This document shows, one piece after another, positions 1 to 7,331 of a stretch of 32,000 nucleotides of DNA; the stretch's first letter is position 1; every line of letters begins with the position of its first letter. The notes below the pieces were generated by a model, which saw only the letters and a list, made by a program, of their open reading frames with translations, did no database searches and was not told the origin of the DNA. Origin of the DNA: Nitrosopumilus maritimus SCM1 (lineage in GTDB: Archaea > Thermoproteota > Nitrososphaeria > Nitrososphaerales > Nitrosopumilaceae); assembly GCF_000018465.1 (NCBI RefSeq), contig NC_010085.1, positions 360,001 through 392,000 of the forward strand. The letters run 5' to 3'. The position numbers and the translations under genes were made by a program.

Positions 1-66
1 GAACATCTTACTGTTAAAAACGAAGTCTCTAAAATGAAATCTACAATTGATACTGAGGTAAAATGA
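1..66 (+). CDS. 3' end of an upstream ribosomal protein gene, probably rpl18 (L18/uL18)
   Basis: Open frame from base 1 (EHLTVKNEVSKMKSTIDTEVK*) ending TGA 64-66, directly before rps5. Identity inferred only from conserved archaeal order L18-S5-L30-L15. Confidence 0.5.
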   Translation, partial: EHLTVKNEVSKMKSTIDTEVK

Positions 67-67
67 A

Positions 68-784
68 ATGAGTCAAACAACAGAATCTAAACCACAAGGC
101 GGACAGAAAGGTAAAGGTGCCCCAACTTATGGCGGAGGTAGACCTGATGGTGCAAAAGGTGGAGATAGACCAAGAAGAAGAAGAGAACCAGAAGAAGAAG
201 TTTGGGTTCCAAAAACAATTCTTGGACAAAAAGTTGCATCAGGAGAAATTTCATCACTAGAAGAAATTATTGAATTAGGATTAAGAATTCAAGAAGCAGG
301 AATTATCAAAAAATTACTGCCTGACTTGAAGAGTGAAGTCGTTGATGTTGGAATTATCCAAAAGATGACATCAAACGGTCAATCAACAAGATTCAAAGCA
401 ATCGTTGCAACTGGAAACGAGAACGGTTACTTGGGAATTGGACAAGGAAAATCAAAACAAATGAGAATTGCAATTGAAAAGGCAACAAACGCTGCTTATC
501 TTAACGTCAATCCAATCAAGATGGGCTGTGGCAGTTGGGAATGCAGATGTGATCAAAAACATTCAGTACCATTCAAAGTAAAGGGTAAAGGTGGAAGTGT
601 TACAATTGAAATTATTCCTGCACCTCGTGGATTAGGTCTTGTAGCAGGTGGTAAAATTAAACGATTATTGGAGTTAGCTGGTCTAAAAGACGCTTGGACT
701 ACTGCAAAAGGTTCAACTCCTACAATGAACTCTACTTCAAAAGCTATCTTGGACTGTCTTAGACAGACATTTAGTCAGGGTTGA
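68..784 (+). CDS. rpsE: 30S ribosomal protein S5 (uS5)
   Basis: 238 aa; S5 core (TRFKAIVATGNENGYLGIGQGKSKQMRIAIEKA...; PRGLGLVAGGKIKRLLELAGLKDAWTTAKGST) and ribosomal operon context. Confidence 0.97.
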   Translation: MSQTTESKPQGGQKGKGAPTYGGGRPDGAKGGDRPRRRREPEEEVWVPKTILGQKVASGEISSLEEIIELGLRIQEAGIIKKLLPDLKSEVVDVGIIQKMTSNGQSTRFKAIVATGNENGYLGIGQGKSKQMRIAIEKATNAAYLNVNPIKMGCGSWECRCDQKHSVPFKVKGKGGSVTIEIIPAPRGLGLVAGGKIKRLLELAGLKDAWTTAKGSTPTMNSTSKAILDCLRQTFSQG

Positions 785-790
785 TGAGAA

Positions 791-1258
791 ATGGCAAATG
801 CAGTACTAGTTGTTAGAATCAAAGGTCAAGCAGACTGTCCTTATTGGGCATCAACTACAATGGATTTGCTAAAACTTGAAAGAAAATATCGTGCAGTAAT
901 TCTTCCTGCAAAAGACAACTTACTTGGTATGCTAAAAAAAGTACAACACTATGTTGCTTGGGTTGATCTTGACACAGAGTTGGCACAAGAACTCATTGAC
1001 AAAAAAGCAAGAAAGTCTGGATACAAGAAAGTAACGCCAGAAGATCTTAAAGAATTAGGTTATGCAAGTTCTGCAGAACTAGCTGCAGCACTAACTGAAG
1101 GAAAAACAATGTTATCAAAATTAAAACCACTAAAACCTTGGTTTGCATTAGCACCACCAAGACACGGATTCAAAAGAAGTACAAAGAGATTGTATGGACA
1201 AAAAGGAATTCTTGGAAGAAACAAAGAACTCGCAACAATTGTTAGGAATATGATTTAA
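791..1258 (+). CDS. rpmD: 50S ribosomal protein L30 (uL30)
   Basis: 155 aa; long archaeal-type L30 (NAVLVVRIKGQADCPYWASTTMDLLKLERKYRAVIL; APPRHGFKRSTKRLYGQKGILG); between S5 and L15. Confidence 0.95.
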   Translation: MANAVLVVRIKGQADCPYWASTTMDLLKLERKYRAVILPAKDNLLGMLKKVQHYVAWVDLDTELAQELIDKKARKSGYKKVTPEDLKELGYASSAELAAALTEGKTMLSKLKPLKPWFALAPPRHGFKRSTKRLYGQKGILGRNKELATIVRNMI

Positions 1259-1259
1259 C

Positions 1260-1724
1260 ATGGCAACAAGATTAAGAAAAACAAGACGACTTAGGGGAGG
1301 ACGCCACATGGGATGGGGCCAAGTAGGTCAACATCGTGCAAGTGGTCACAAAGGTGGTCTTGGAGTTACTGGAATGATGAAACATCATTGGAGTACAACA
1401 CTAAAAGATGAACCAGATCATTATGGCCATGATTCAACTAAACCACCTCACCCAAATATTACCAAGAAATGGGCTAGCGTCCGTGATCTTGATGACTTGT
1501 TTACTAAGTTCGGTAAAGAAGAAGGAGGAAAAAAAGTCGTAGACCTTGAAAATGCAGGATACGAGAAACTCCTTGGCGGCGGAAAAGTATCAAACGCTTA
1601 TTCTGTCAAAGTCACACAGTACACTGCATCTGCAGAAGAGAAACTAAAGGCTGTTGGCGGAGAAGTAATTTCTGCAGCAAAAGAAAAATCTGATGGGGAA
1701 GAGGTAGTTACAGAAGATGGCTGA
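1260..1724 (+). CDS. rplO: 50S ribosomal protein L15 (uL15)
   Basis: 154 aa; TRLRKTRRLRGGRHMGWGQVGQHRASGHKGGLG N-terminus typical of archaeal L15; operon position. Confidence 0.95.
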   Translation: MATRLRKTRRLRGGRHMGWGQVGQHRASGHKGGLGVTGMMKHHWSTTLKDEPDHYGHDSTKPPHPNITKKWASVRDLDDLFTKFGKEEGGKKVVDLENAGYEKLLGGGKVSNAYSVKVTQYTASAEEKLKAVGGEVISAAKEKSDGEEVVTEDG

Positions 1725-3147
1725 GGGTACAGTTACCACCATCATTCGAAAGATGGTCTTTAAAGCAGAACCATATCTTCCTCAAGTTCCAAAACCAAAA
1801 AAGAAGATTCCATTATCCACTAGATTGCTCTGGTGTGGAGTTGCATTACTTATCTACATGGTAATGGGCCAAACACCATTATTTGGAGCAACAACCCCTG
1901 AATTTGACTTCCTAGCATTTGCTAGAGTAATTTTTGCATCACAACAAGGAACCCTTGTTGAATTAGGTATTGGGCCGATTGTAACAGCTGGACTCTTGAT
2001 GCAGTTGTTGAGAGGTTCAGACATTCTCAAATTTGACTTTAAGAAACCAGAGGAAAGAGGTGTATTCCAAACTGCAACAAAGATGGTAACTTATGTTGTA
2101 ATTGTAGCTGAATCTATTGTATATGGCGTAGCAGTCTATGGTCCTGGAGTCTCTGACCCGTCGATACTGTATGTCATGGTCGGGCAGCTTATGGCCGCGT
2201 CGATTATTATCATGTTCTTAGACGAATTAATTCAGAAAGGCTGGGGCCTTGGTAGTGGAATCAGTCTCTTCATTATGGCAGGTGTTGCTCAACAAATTCT
2301 GTGGAGTCTGTTCAGCCCATTGCCTGCAGGAGATGGAGGAACTATTGGTATCATTCCATACATTGGACAATCAATCATGGCAGGTGACCTGTCAAACATC
2401 ATGTTCCGTTCAAACCAGTTGCCGAGCATCTTCGGTCTGTGTCTGACGGCAGGTGTTATACTGATACTTGTCTTCACACAAGGAATGAAGATTGAGATTC
2501 CAATCGTATCTACAAAATACAGAGGATTCTCTGCAGTCTATCCAATCAAGATGATGTATGTATCAAATATTCCAGTTATCTTGGCATCTGCACTTACTGC
2601 AAACGCCGTCTTTATCTTCCAGATGTTGTGGGCCAATGCGAACCCGCGTAACAATAATTTCTTTATGAATTTCATAGCGCAATTCGACCCGACGAGTCCG
2701 TCGACCCCAATTGGTGGTCTTATCTATTACATCACACCACCTAGAGGTCTAGACGTTGCAGCTTTGGATCCTGGACGTGCAGTTGGCTATGTCCTATTCA
2801 TGATTGGAATTGTAATTGTATTTGGTAGGTTATGGGTAGAGCTAGGTGGTCTTTCACCAAAGAGTGCAGCTCAGAACTTGCTTGATGCAGATGTACAGAT
2901 TCCTGGATTTAGAAGATCAAACAAACCCGTTGAAGCATTGTTGAACAAGTACATTCCATCAGTCACCATTATTGGCTCAGCTATTCTGGGTCTGTTAGCA
3001 GGTGCATCTGATGTCTTGGGTGTATTTGGTTCTGGTATCGGAGTTTTACTTATGGTAGATATTCTCATCAACTATTACACACAATTAGTTAGAGAACAAG
3101 TCGAAGTTGTAATGCCGCGATTGGGTGCTTTACTTGGCAGAAAGTAA
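1717..3147 (+). CDS. secY: Preprotein translocase subunit SecY
   Basis: 476 aa polytopic membrane protein; plug and TM regions (GVALLIYMVMGQTPLFG, QLLRGSDILKFD, GWGLGSGISLFI, PIVSTKYRGF), placed after L15. Confidence 0.97.
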   Translation: MAEGTVTTIIRKMVFKAEPYLPQVPKPKKKIPLSTRLLWCGVALLIYMVMGQTPLFGATTPEFDFLAFARVIFASQQGTLVELGIGPIVTAGLLMQLLRGSDILKFDFKKPEERGVFQTATKMVTYVVIVAESIVYGVAVYGPGVSDPSILYVMVGQLMAASIIIMFLDELIQKGWGLGSGISLFIMAGVAQQILWSLFSPLPAGDGGTIGIIPYIGQSIMAGDLSNIMFRSNQLPSIFGLCLTAGVILILVFTQGMKIEIPIVSTKYRGFSAVYPIKMMYVSNIPVILASALTANAVFIFQMLWANANPRNNNFFMNFIAQFDPTSPSTPIGGLIYYITPPRGLDVAALDPGRAVGYVLFMIGIVIVFGRLWVELGGLSPKSAAQNLLDADVQIPGFRRSNKPVEALLNKYIPSVTIIGSAILGLLAGASDVLGVFGSGIGVLLMVDILINYYTQLVREQVEVVMPRLGALLGRK

Positions 3148-3712
3148 GAAAATTGTTTTAGTTGGAATCCCAGGAGTTGGGAAGACTACATTACTATCTA
3201 AAATTGTTGATCACATCAAAGATCATCAAAAGAGTATCAGTGTTGTAAGTTATGGAACTTTGATGTTTGAGGTTGCAAAAGAAAATGGTCTTAATGATAG
3301 AGACGAACTACGAAAACTCCCAATCGGAAAACAACAAGAACTACAAAAAGTTGCAGCTGAAAAGATTGCAGCACACACTGAAGAAATTGTAATCATTGAC
3401 ACACATGCATTTATCAGCTCTCCAGAAGGATACTATCCTGGATTACCAGAACATGTTCTCAAAATTATCAAACCATCAAACTTTGTCTCAGTATCTGCAA
3501 AGCCTGAGGAAATCTATAGCCGAAGAATGAGCGATGACACTAGAAATCGGGATAAAATCACCCTTGCAAATGTCAAGAAAGAGCTAGATGTCCAATCAGG
3601 TATGATTTCAGCATGTGCAGTAATTACAGGCTCACCAGTCAAGTACATACTCAATCGTGAGGGAAAGGTTGATGAAGCAGCAAATAAGATAATCAATTCA
3701 TTAGGACTGTAA
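3125..3712 (+). CDS. adkA: Archaeal-type adenylate kinase (AdkA)
   Basis: 195 aa; P-loop GIPGVGKTTL and archaeal AdkA layout downstream of secY. Start uncertain: GTG 3125 overlaps secY by 23 nt, and TTG 3134 (MAESKKIVLVG) is an in-frame alternative. Confidence 0.92.
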   Translation: MLYLAESKKIVLVGIPGVGKTTLLSKIVDHIKDHQKSISVVSYGTLMFEVAKENGLNDRDELRKLPIGKQQELQKVAAEKIAAHTEEIVIIDTHAFISSPEGYYPGLPEHVLKIIKPSNFVSVSAKPEEIYSRRMSDDTRNRDKITLANVKKELDVQSGMISACAVITGSPVKYILNREGKVDEAANKIINSLGL

Positions 3713-3715
3713 AAA

Positions 3716-4339
3716 ATGGACTTTAGCTTTATTCTACTATTTATCGAATCAATACCTCTCCAGTTTGATTTCTTTGGAGGTGAAAGGGGTGCACTCGGAA
3801 GTGATGACCCAATAATCAAAGGACTGATTCTCTCAATGTTTGCAGTAACTGGGTTTGGTATTTTGCTTAACATCTTCAATGCCGCAGTTAGAAAGAAGAT
3901 GGTTGATCAAGTAAAGCTAAAACGAATAATGAAAGAGACTCGTGGATGGCAAAAAGAAAGAATGGCAGCAATGCGTTCAAAAGATACTGCAAGAGCAGCT
4001 GAACTCAACAAAAAATCTGCATACATGAACAAGATGTCAATGGAAATGATGCAAATGAATATGAGACCAATGATGATTACTTTTGTCCCATTAATCTTGA
4101 TATTTTATCTTGTATTGCCACAACTATTTGCTTACACTGTAGCTGTCTCTCCAATTCCTCTAAATGTGATTCCTGGAGATATGTTCCAACTTACTTGTAC
4201 TGCAGAACAAGCAGCAGACCCTGAACATGTTTGTCAAACAGAAAATGCGTTATATCTTTGGGCTTGGTATTTCTTGTCTTCAATTGCATTTAGTGGCATT
4301 ATTATGCGACTAACCAAAACATCAATGGATCTCAGTTGA
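3716..4339 (+). CDS. DUF106/EMC3/TMCO1-family membrane protein (YidC/Oxa1 superfamily insertase)
   Basis: 207 aa; TM segments flanking a basic coiled-coil (KETRGWQKERMAAMRSKDTARAAELNKKSAYMNKMSMEMM), in the conserved slot after adk. Confidence 0.85.
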   Translation: MDFSFILLFIESIPLQFDFFGGERGALGSDDPIIKGLILSMFAVTGFGILLNIFNAAVRKKMVDQVKLKRIMKETRGWQKERMAAMRSKDTARAAELNKKSAYMNKMSMEMMQMNMRPMMITFVPLILIFYLVLPQLFAYTVAVSPIPLNVIPGDMFQLTCTAEQAADPEHVCQTENALYLWAWYFLSSIAFSGIIMRLTKTSMDLS

Positions 4340-4896
4340 CAAAATCCATTGTAATTTCAGGTCCTCCTGCTGTAGGAAAGACAACTGTTGCAAAAGGATT
4401 GGCAGAAGAATTTTCATTACAATATCTTAGTGGCGGTGATGTCCTCAAAGAGATGGCAAAAGAACAAGGTTTTGATTCTGCAGGTGATGATTGGTGGGAC
4501 ACAGAAGAAGGAATGAAGTTTCTCAACCAACGCGAAAAAAATTCTGAATTTGATAAAAAGTTGGATGAAAAACTAACAAAACTATTCAATGAGGGTGGAA
4601 TGGTAATCACCAGCTATACACTCCCTTGGTTAATCAAAGATGGGATTAGAATCTGGCTTGAGGGGTCTCATGAGAGTAGCACAAAACGAATGCAAACTAG
4701 AGATGATATGAGTTCTGAGGATGCCTATCAAATCACAAAACAGAGGTTTGACAAAAACAAGGCTCTTTACAAAAAACTCTATGATTTTGATTTTGGTGAT
4801 GACAAATCAGTTTTTGATGTTATAATAAATACTGACAATCTTACAGCACAACAAGTAATTGATGTTGCAAAAGAAACGGTGAGAAAACTACTATGA
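4336..4896 (+). CDS. cmk: Archaeal (d)CMP/cytidylate kinase
   Basis: 186 aa; VISGPPAVGKTTVAKGLAEEFSLQYLSGGDVLKEMAKEQG P-loop kinase, position before cbf5. TTG start overlapping the upstream TGA. Confidence 0.9.
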   Translation: MTKSIVISGPPAVGKTTVAKGLAEEFSLQYLSGGDVLKEMAKEQGFDSAGDDWWDTEEGMKFLNQREKNSEFDKKLDEKLTKLFNEGGMVITSYTLPWLIKDGIRIWLEGSHESSTKRMQTRDDMSSEDAYQITKQRFDKNKALYKKLYDFDFGDDKSVFDVIINTDNLTAQQVIDVAKETVRKLL

Positions 4897-5891
4897 CTCT
4901 AAAACAATTAGAGAATCTAATTGAAGTTGATCAAGATATTACTGATGATGCATATGGCACATACTATGATAAAAGAACAATAGAACAATTACTAAACTAT
5001 GGAATTATTTTACTAGACAAACCTCCTGGACCTACAAGTCATGAGACAGTAGCATGGACCAAAAGAATTTTGAAATTACCAAAGATTGGACATAGTGGAA
5101 CGCTAGACCCACAAGTTTCAGGAGTACTTCCTTTAGGGTTGGGTGAGGCAACAAAAGCTCTAGGTGTATTGCTGTTTGGACCTAAAGAATACCATGCACT
5201 AGGACGTGTCCACTCGCTTCCATCAAAAGAAAAACTACATGAGGTAATCGAATCATTAACTGGAGAAATTTACCAAAAACCTCCACAACGTTCCGCAGTA
5301 GTTAGACAAACAAGAACTAGAACAATTTACGAATTTGAAGTATTAGAACAAAAAGAAAGACTGTTACTAACTAGAGTCCTATGTGAGGCTGGAACATACA
5401 TTAGAAAATTATACTATGATCTAGGTGAAATTCTAGGACCTGGTGCAACCATGATTGAGCTTAGAAGAACTAGAGTTGATCAATTCAGAGAAACTGATGG
5501 ATTGGTGACCCTCCATGAACTTGCAAACGCATTTGCTTTATGGGAAGAAAAGAAAGATGATTCTAAACTAAAGAGTATGATACAGCCTGTAGAACATGCA
5601 CTAAGTGAGTTAAAATCAGTAGTAATTCGTGATTCTGCAATTGATGCAATGTGCCATGGTGCACAACTAGCAATTCCTGGAATTTTACAAATATCTCCTA
5701 GTTTGAACAAAGGTGACATTGTTGGAATTTACACACAAAAAGGAGAAGCAGTTGCATTAGCCGAAGCAACAATGTCTGGTCAGGAAATTCAAGATGCAGT
5801 AAAAGGATATGCATTTGAAACAAAGAGAATTATCATGGCTCCAAACACTTATCCTAAAAAATGGAGAACAAAACCATCTTCTAAAGAATAA
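4893..5891 (+). CDS. cbf5: tRNA/rRNA pseudouridine synthase Cbf5 (archaeal TruB/dyskerin family, with PUA domain)
   Basis: 332 aa; GIILLDKPPGPTSHETVAWTKRILKLPKIGHSGTLDPQVSGVLPLGLGEATK catalytic motif; C-terminal PUA-like segment. Confidence 0.95.
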   Translation: MTLKQLENLIEVDQDITDDAYGTYYDKRTIEQLLNYGIILLDKPPGPTSHETVAWTKRILKLPKIGHSGTLDPQVSGVLPLGLGEATKALGVLLFGPKEYHALGRVHSLPSKEKLHEVIESLTGEIYQKPPQRSAVVRQTRTRTIYEFEVLEQKERLLLTRVLCEAGTYIRKLYYDLGEILGPGATMIELRRTRVDQFRETDGLVTLHELANAFALWEEKKDDSKLKSMIQPVEHALSELKSVVIRDSAIDAMCHGAQLAIPGILQISPSLNKGDIVGIYTQKGEAVALAEATMSGQEIQDAVKGYAFETKRIIMAPNTYPKKWRTKPSSKE

Positions 5892-5894
5892 AAA

Positions 5895-6341
5895 TTGCTC
5901 TCAAAAAGTTTAGTTATCTTTGTTGGAATTGGAATAATTTCTGGATTGTTATTTGGAATTTATCTTATTGATGTCAAGAACACCAGTCAACTAGTTTATG
6001 TTGAAGGTTCTGGAATTTCAATTCTCACTGAAAAGTTTGATTTTAAAAAAGGCGAAGAGATTAAAATTACAATCATGAATACTGGAACTGTTCCAATTTC
6101 ATTTTCTGATGCATCATATGGTCTAAGAATTACGGGACTCTCTGGTATGCTAATGTATTCTCCAACATCAACACAAGTGTTATCTGAACTAAAACCAAAT
6201 GAAGAGGTTACATTTTCTTGGGATCAAATTAACAATGATGGAGATTCAGCTCTTGAAGGTCTTTACAAGATCTCAGCAAAAGGATTTGATGAGAATGGAG
6301 AAAAAGTAGAACGTTCAACTACTATTACGATCTGGAAGTAG
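5895..6341 (+). CDS. Hypothetical protein with N-terminal TM/signal segment and a beta-rich extracytoplasmic domain
   Basis: 148 aa; LVIFVGIGIISGLLFGIYLID hydrophobic segment followed by a NTGTVPISF...LKPNEEVTFSWDQ beta-sandwich-like domain; TTG start. Confidence 0.7.
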   Translation: MLSKSLVIFVGIGIISGLLFGIYLIDVKNTSQLVYVEGSGISILTEKFDFKKGEEIKITIMNTGTVPISFSDASYGLRITGLSGMLMYSPTSTQVLSELKPNEEVTFSWDQINNDGDSALEGLYKISAKGFDENGEKVERSTTITIWK

Positions 6342-6349
6342 TAATACCA

Positions 6350-6357
6350 TTTATAAT
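6350..6357 (+). promoter_or_regulatory. Candidate TATA box for the tRNA-Ser gene
   Basis: TTTATAAT about 36-43 nt upstream of the mature tRNA 5' end; plausible with a short 5' leader. Confidence 0.45.
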
Positions 6358-6392
6358 CAGATTCTAAAAACTAAATTTGTCGCAAGACTTGT

Positions 6393-6493
6393 GCCGGGGT
6401 CGCCTAGCCTGGTAGGGCGCGCGCCTGGAAATTGTTAACCATAAAGCGCGTTCTCGCAAGGGAACGGGAGTTCAAATCTCCCTCCCGGCGCCA
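6393..6493 (+). tRNA. tRNA-Ser (anticodon GGA), intron-containing, encoded CCA end
   Basis: Manual fold: acceptor GCCGGGG/TCCCGGC (one G-U), discriminator G 6490, CCA 6491-6493; D stem GCCT/GGGC; anticodon stem CGCGC 6420-6424 / GCGCG 6446-6450; anticodon GGA 6427-6429; long variable arm TTCTC-GCAA-GGGAA 6451-6464; T stem GGGAG/CTCCC with TTCAAAT loop. Confidence 0.95.
6431..6444 (+). other. 14-nt tRNA intron at canonical position 37/38
   Basis: ATTGTTAACCATAA interrupts the anticodon loop. TGG 6426-6428 can pair with CCA 6439-6441, giving a relaxed bulge-helix-bulge fold. Boundaries could shift 1 nt because A occurs at both 6431 and 6445. Confidence 0.85.
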
Positions 6494-6638
6494 TTATTTT
6501 CTAATTTGATGAACTTTGATCTTACCACTAGATTTTTTGATGTTGTAGAAAATTTGAAAACAATCTAAATTCCCATGTTGATTTTCTAGATTAGTAAAAA
6601 CACGTGTCCATTAAATACAGAAAACGCATAACACAAAC

Positions 6639-6779
6639 ATGTCAAAGAGGGTTACTCTACTAATTGATGATGATCTTTACAAAAAATTACGTTCAAAACA
6701 AGCTGCAGAAATAAAAAAAACTGCAACAGCTGTTAGTTTTTCCAAAACTGTTACTGATATTCTCAAAAAACATGTTTGA
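6639..6779 (+). CDS. Small ribbon-helix-helix-like putative DNA-binding protein (46 aa)
   Basis: MSKRVTLLIDDDLYKKLRSKQAAEIKKTATAVSFSKTVTDILKKHV*; beta strand plus two helices typical of RHH; ATTAAATA TATA-like element about 26 nt upstream of ATG. Too short for the supplied ORF track. Confidence 0.72.
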   Translation: MSKRVTLLIDDDLYKKLRSKQAAEIKKTATAVSFSKTVTDILKKHV

Positions 6780-6817
6780 AGATTTGGAAAACATCTGGTA
6801 ATCATTTGGAAAATCCT

Positions 6818-6825
6818 CTTTATAC
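6818..6825 (+). promoter_or_regulatory. Candidate TATA box for the DM13 gene
   Basis: CTTTATAC about 22-29 nt upstream of ATG 6847, consistent with a leaderless or very short-leader transcript. Confidence 0.45.
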
Positions 6826-6846
6826 TAAAATTCCAATCTTTTTCTC

Positions 6847-7329
6847 ATGAACAAATACCTGATACCGATTATTGCAATTGCAATAGTTGGTTCTGTATCA
6901 GCATTTGCAATATCTCCATACTTTACAGAATCTAGTATTGATGAGGCATTACCTACTGGTGCAGTTGTTCAACCTATGATGGAAGAAACCATGATGGAGA
7001 AAATGACTCCTGTTTCTTATTCAGGAACTTTTATCGGTGTTGGTGATGGAATTCATGACGCCCAAGGTGATGCATATACTATTCCACTTGAGGATGGTAG
7101 TGATGTCTTGCGATTAGAAAATTTCCAATCAACTAATGGCCCTGACTTGTATGTCTATTTGGCAACTGATGATGATGCTTCTGAATTTATCAATCTAGGT
7201 GAACTCAAAGCAAACAAGGGAAATCAAAATTACGAAATCCCAGATGATGCTGATTTGACCAAATACAACAAGGTGTTGATTTGGTGTCAAGCATTTAGCG
7301 TATTGTTTGGTAGTGCTGAACTATCATAA
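6847..7329 (+). CDS. Secreted/membrane-anchored DM13-domain protein
   Basis: 160 aa; signal/TM N-terminus, Met-rich linker PMMEETMMEKMTP, then SGTFIGVGDGIHDAQGDAYTIPLEDGSDVLRLENFQSTNGPDLYVYLATD...YNKVLIWCQAFSVLFGSAEL, matching the DM13 pattern. Confidence 0.8.
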   Translation: MNKYLIPIIAIAIVGSVSAFAISPYFTESSIDEALPTGAVVQPMMEETMMEKMTPVSYSGTFIGVGDGIHDAQGDAYTIPLEDGSDVLRLENFQSTNGPDLYVYLATDDDASEFINLGELKANKGNQNYEIPDDADLTKYNKVLIWCQAFSVLFGSAELS

Positions 7330-7331
7330 CA

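Noticed and set aside
41-229. 62-aa minus-strand ORF inside rps5
   Set aside because: Antisense to the rps5 start, low-complexity Phe/Ser/Trp composition; frame-shadow artefact.
2249-3071. Small ORFs inside secY (2249..2446 +, 2289..2477 -, 2871..3071 -)
   Set aside because: All lie within the well-supported secY frame; no start-site or family support. The local codon shift may be what keeps these frames open.
1717-3147. secY mosaic regarded as a foreign insertion or assembly chimera
   Set aside because: The protein frame is continuous and matches SecY throughout, and the unusual patches are short and interspersed. Kept only as a codon-usage observation.
3514-3879. 121-aa antisense ORF across adk and the DUF106 gene
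   Set aside because: Covered on the opposite strand by two confident genes; no recognisable motif.
6494-6638. Further tRNA or structured RNA after tRNA-Ser
   Set aside because: AT-rich with no convincing cloverleaf, C/D or H/ACA box arrangement visible; only a T-rich stretch after the tRNA that may serve as terminator.
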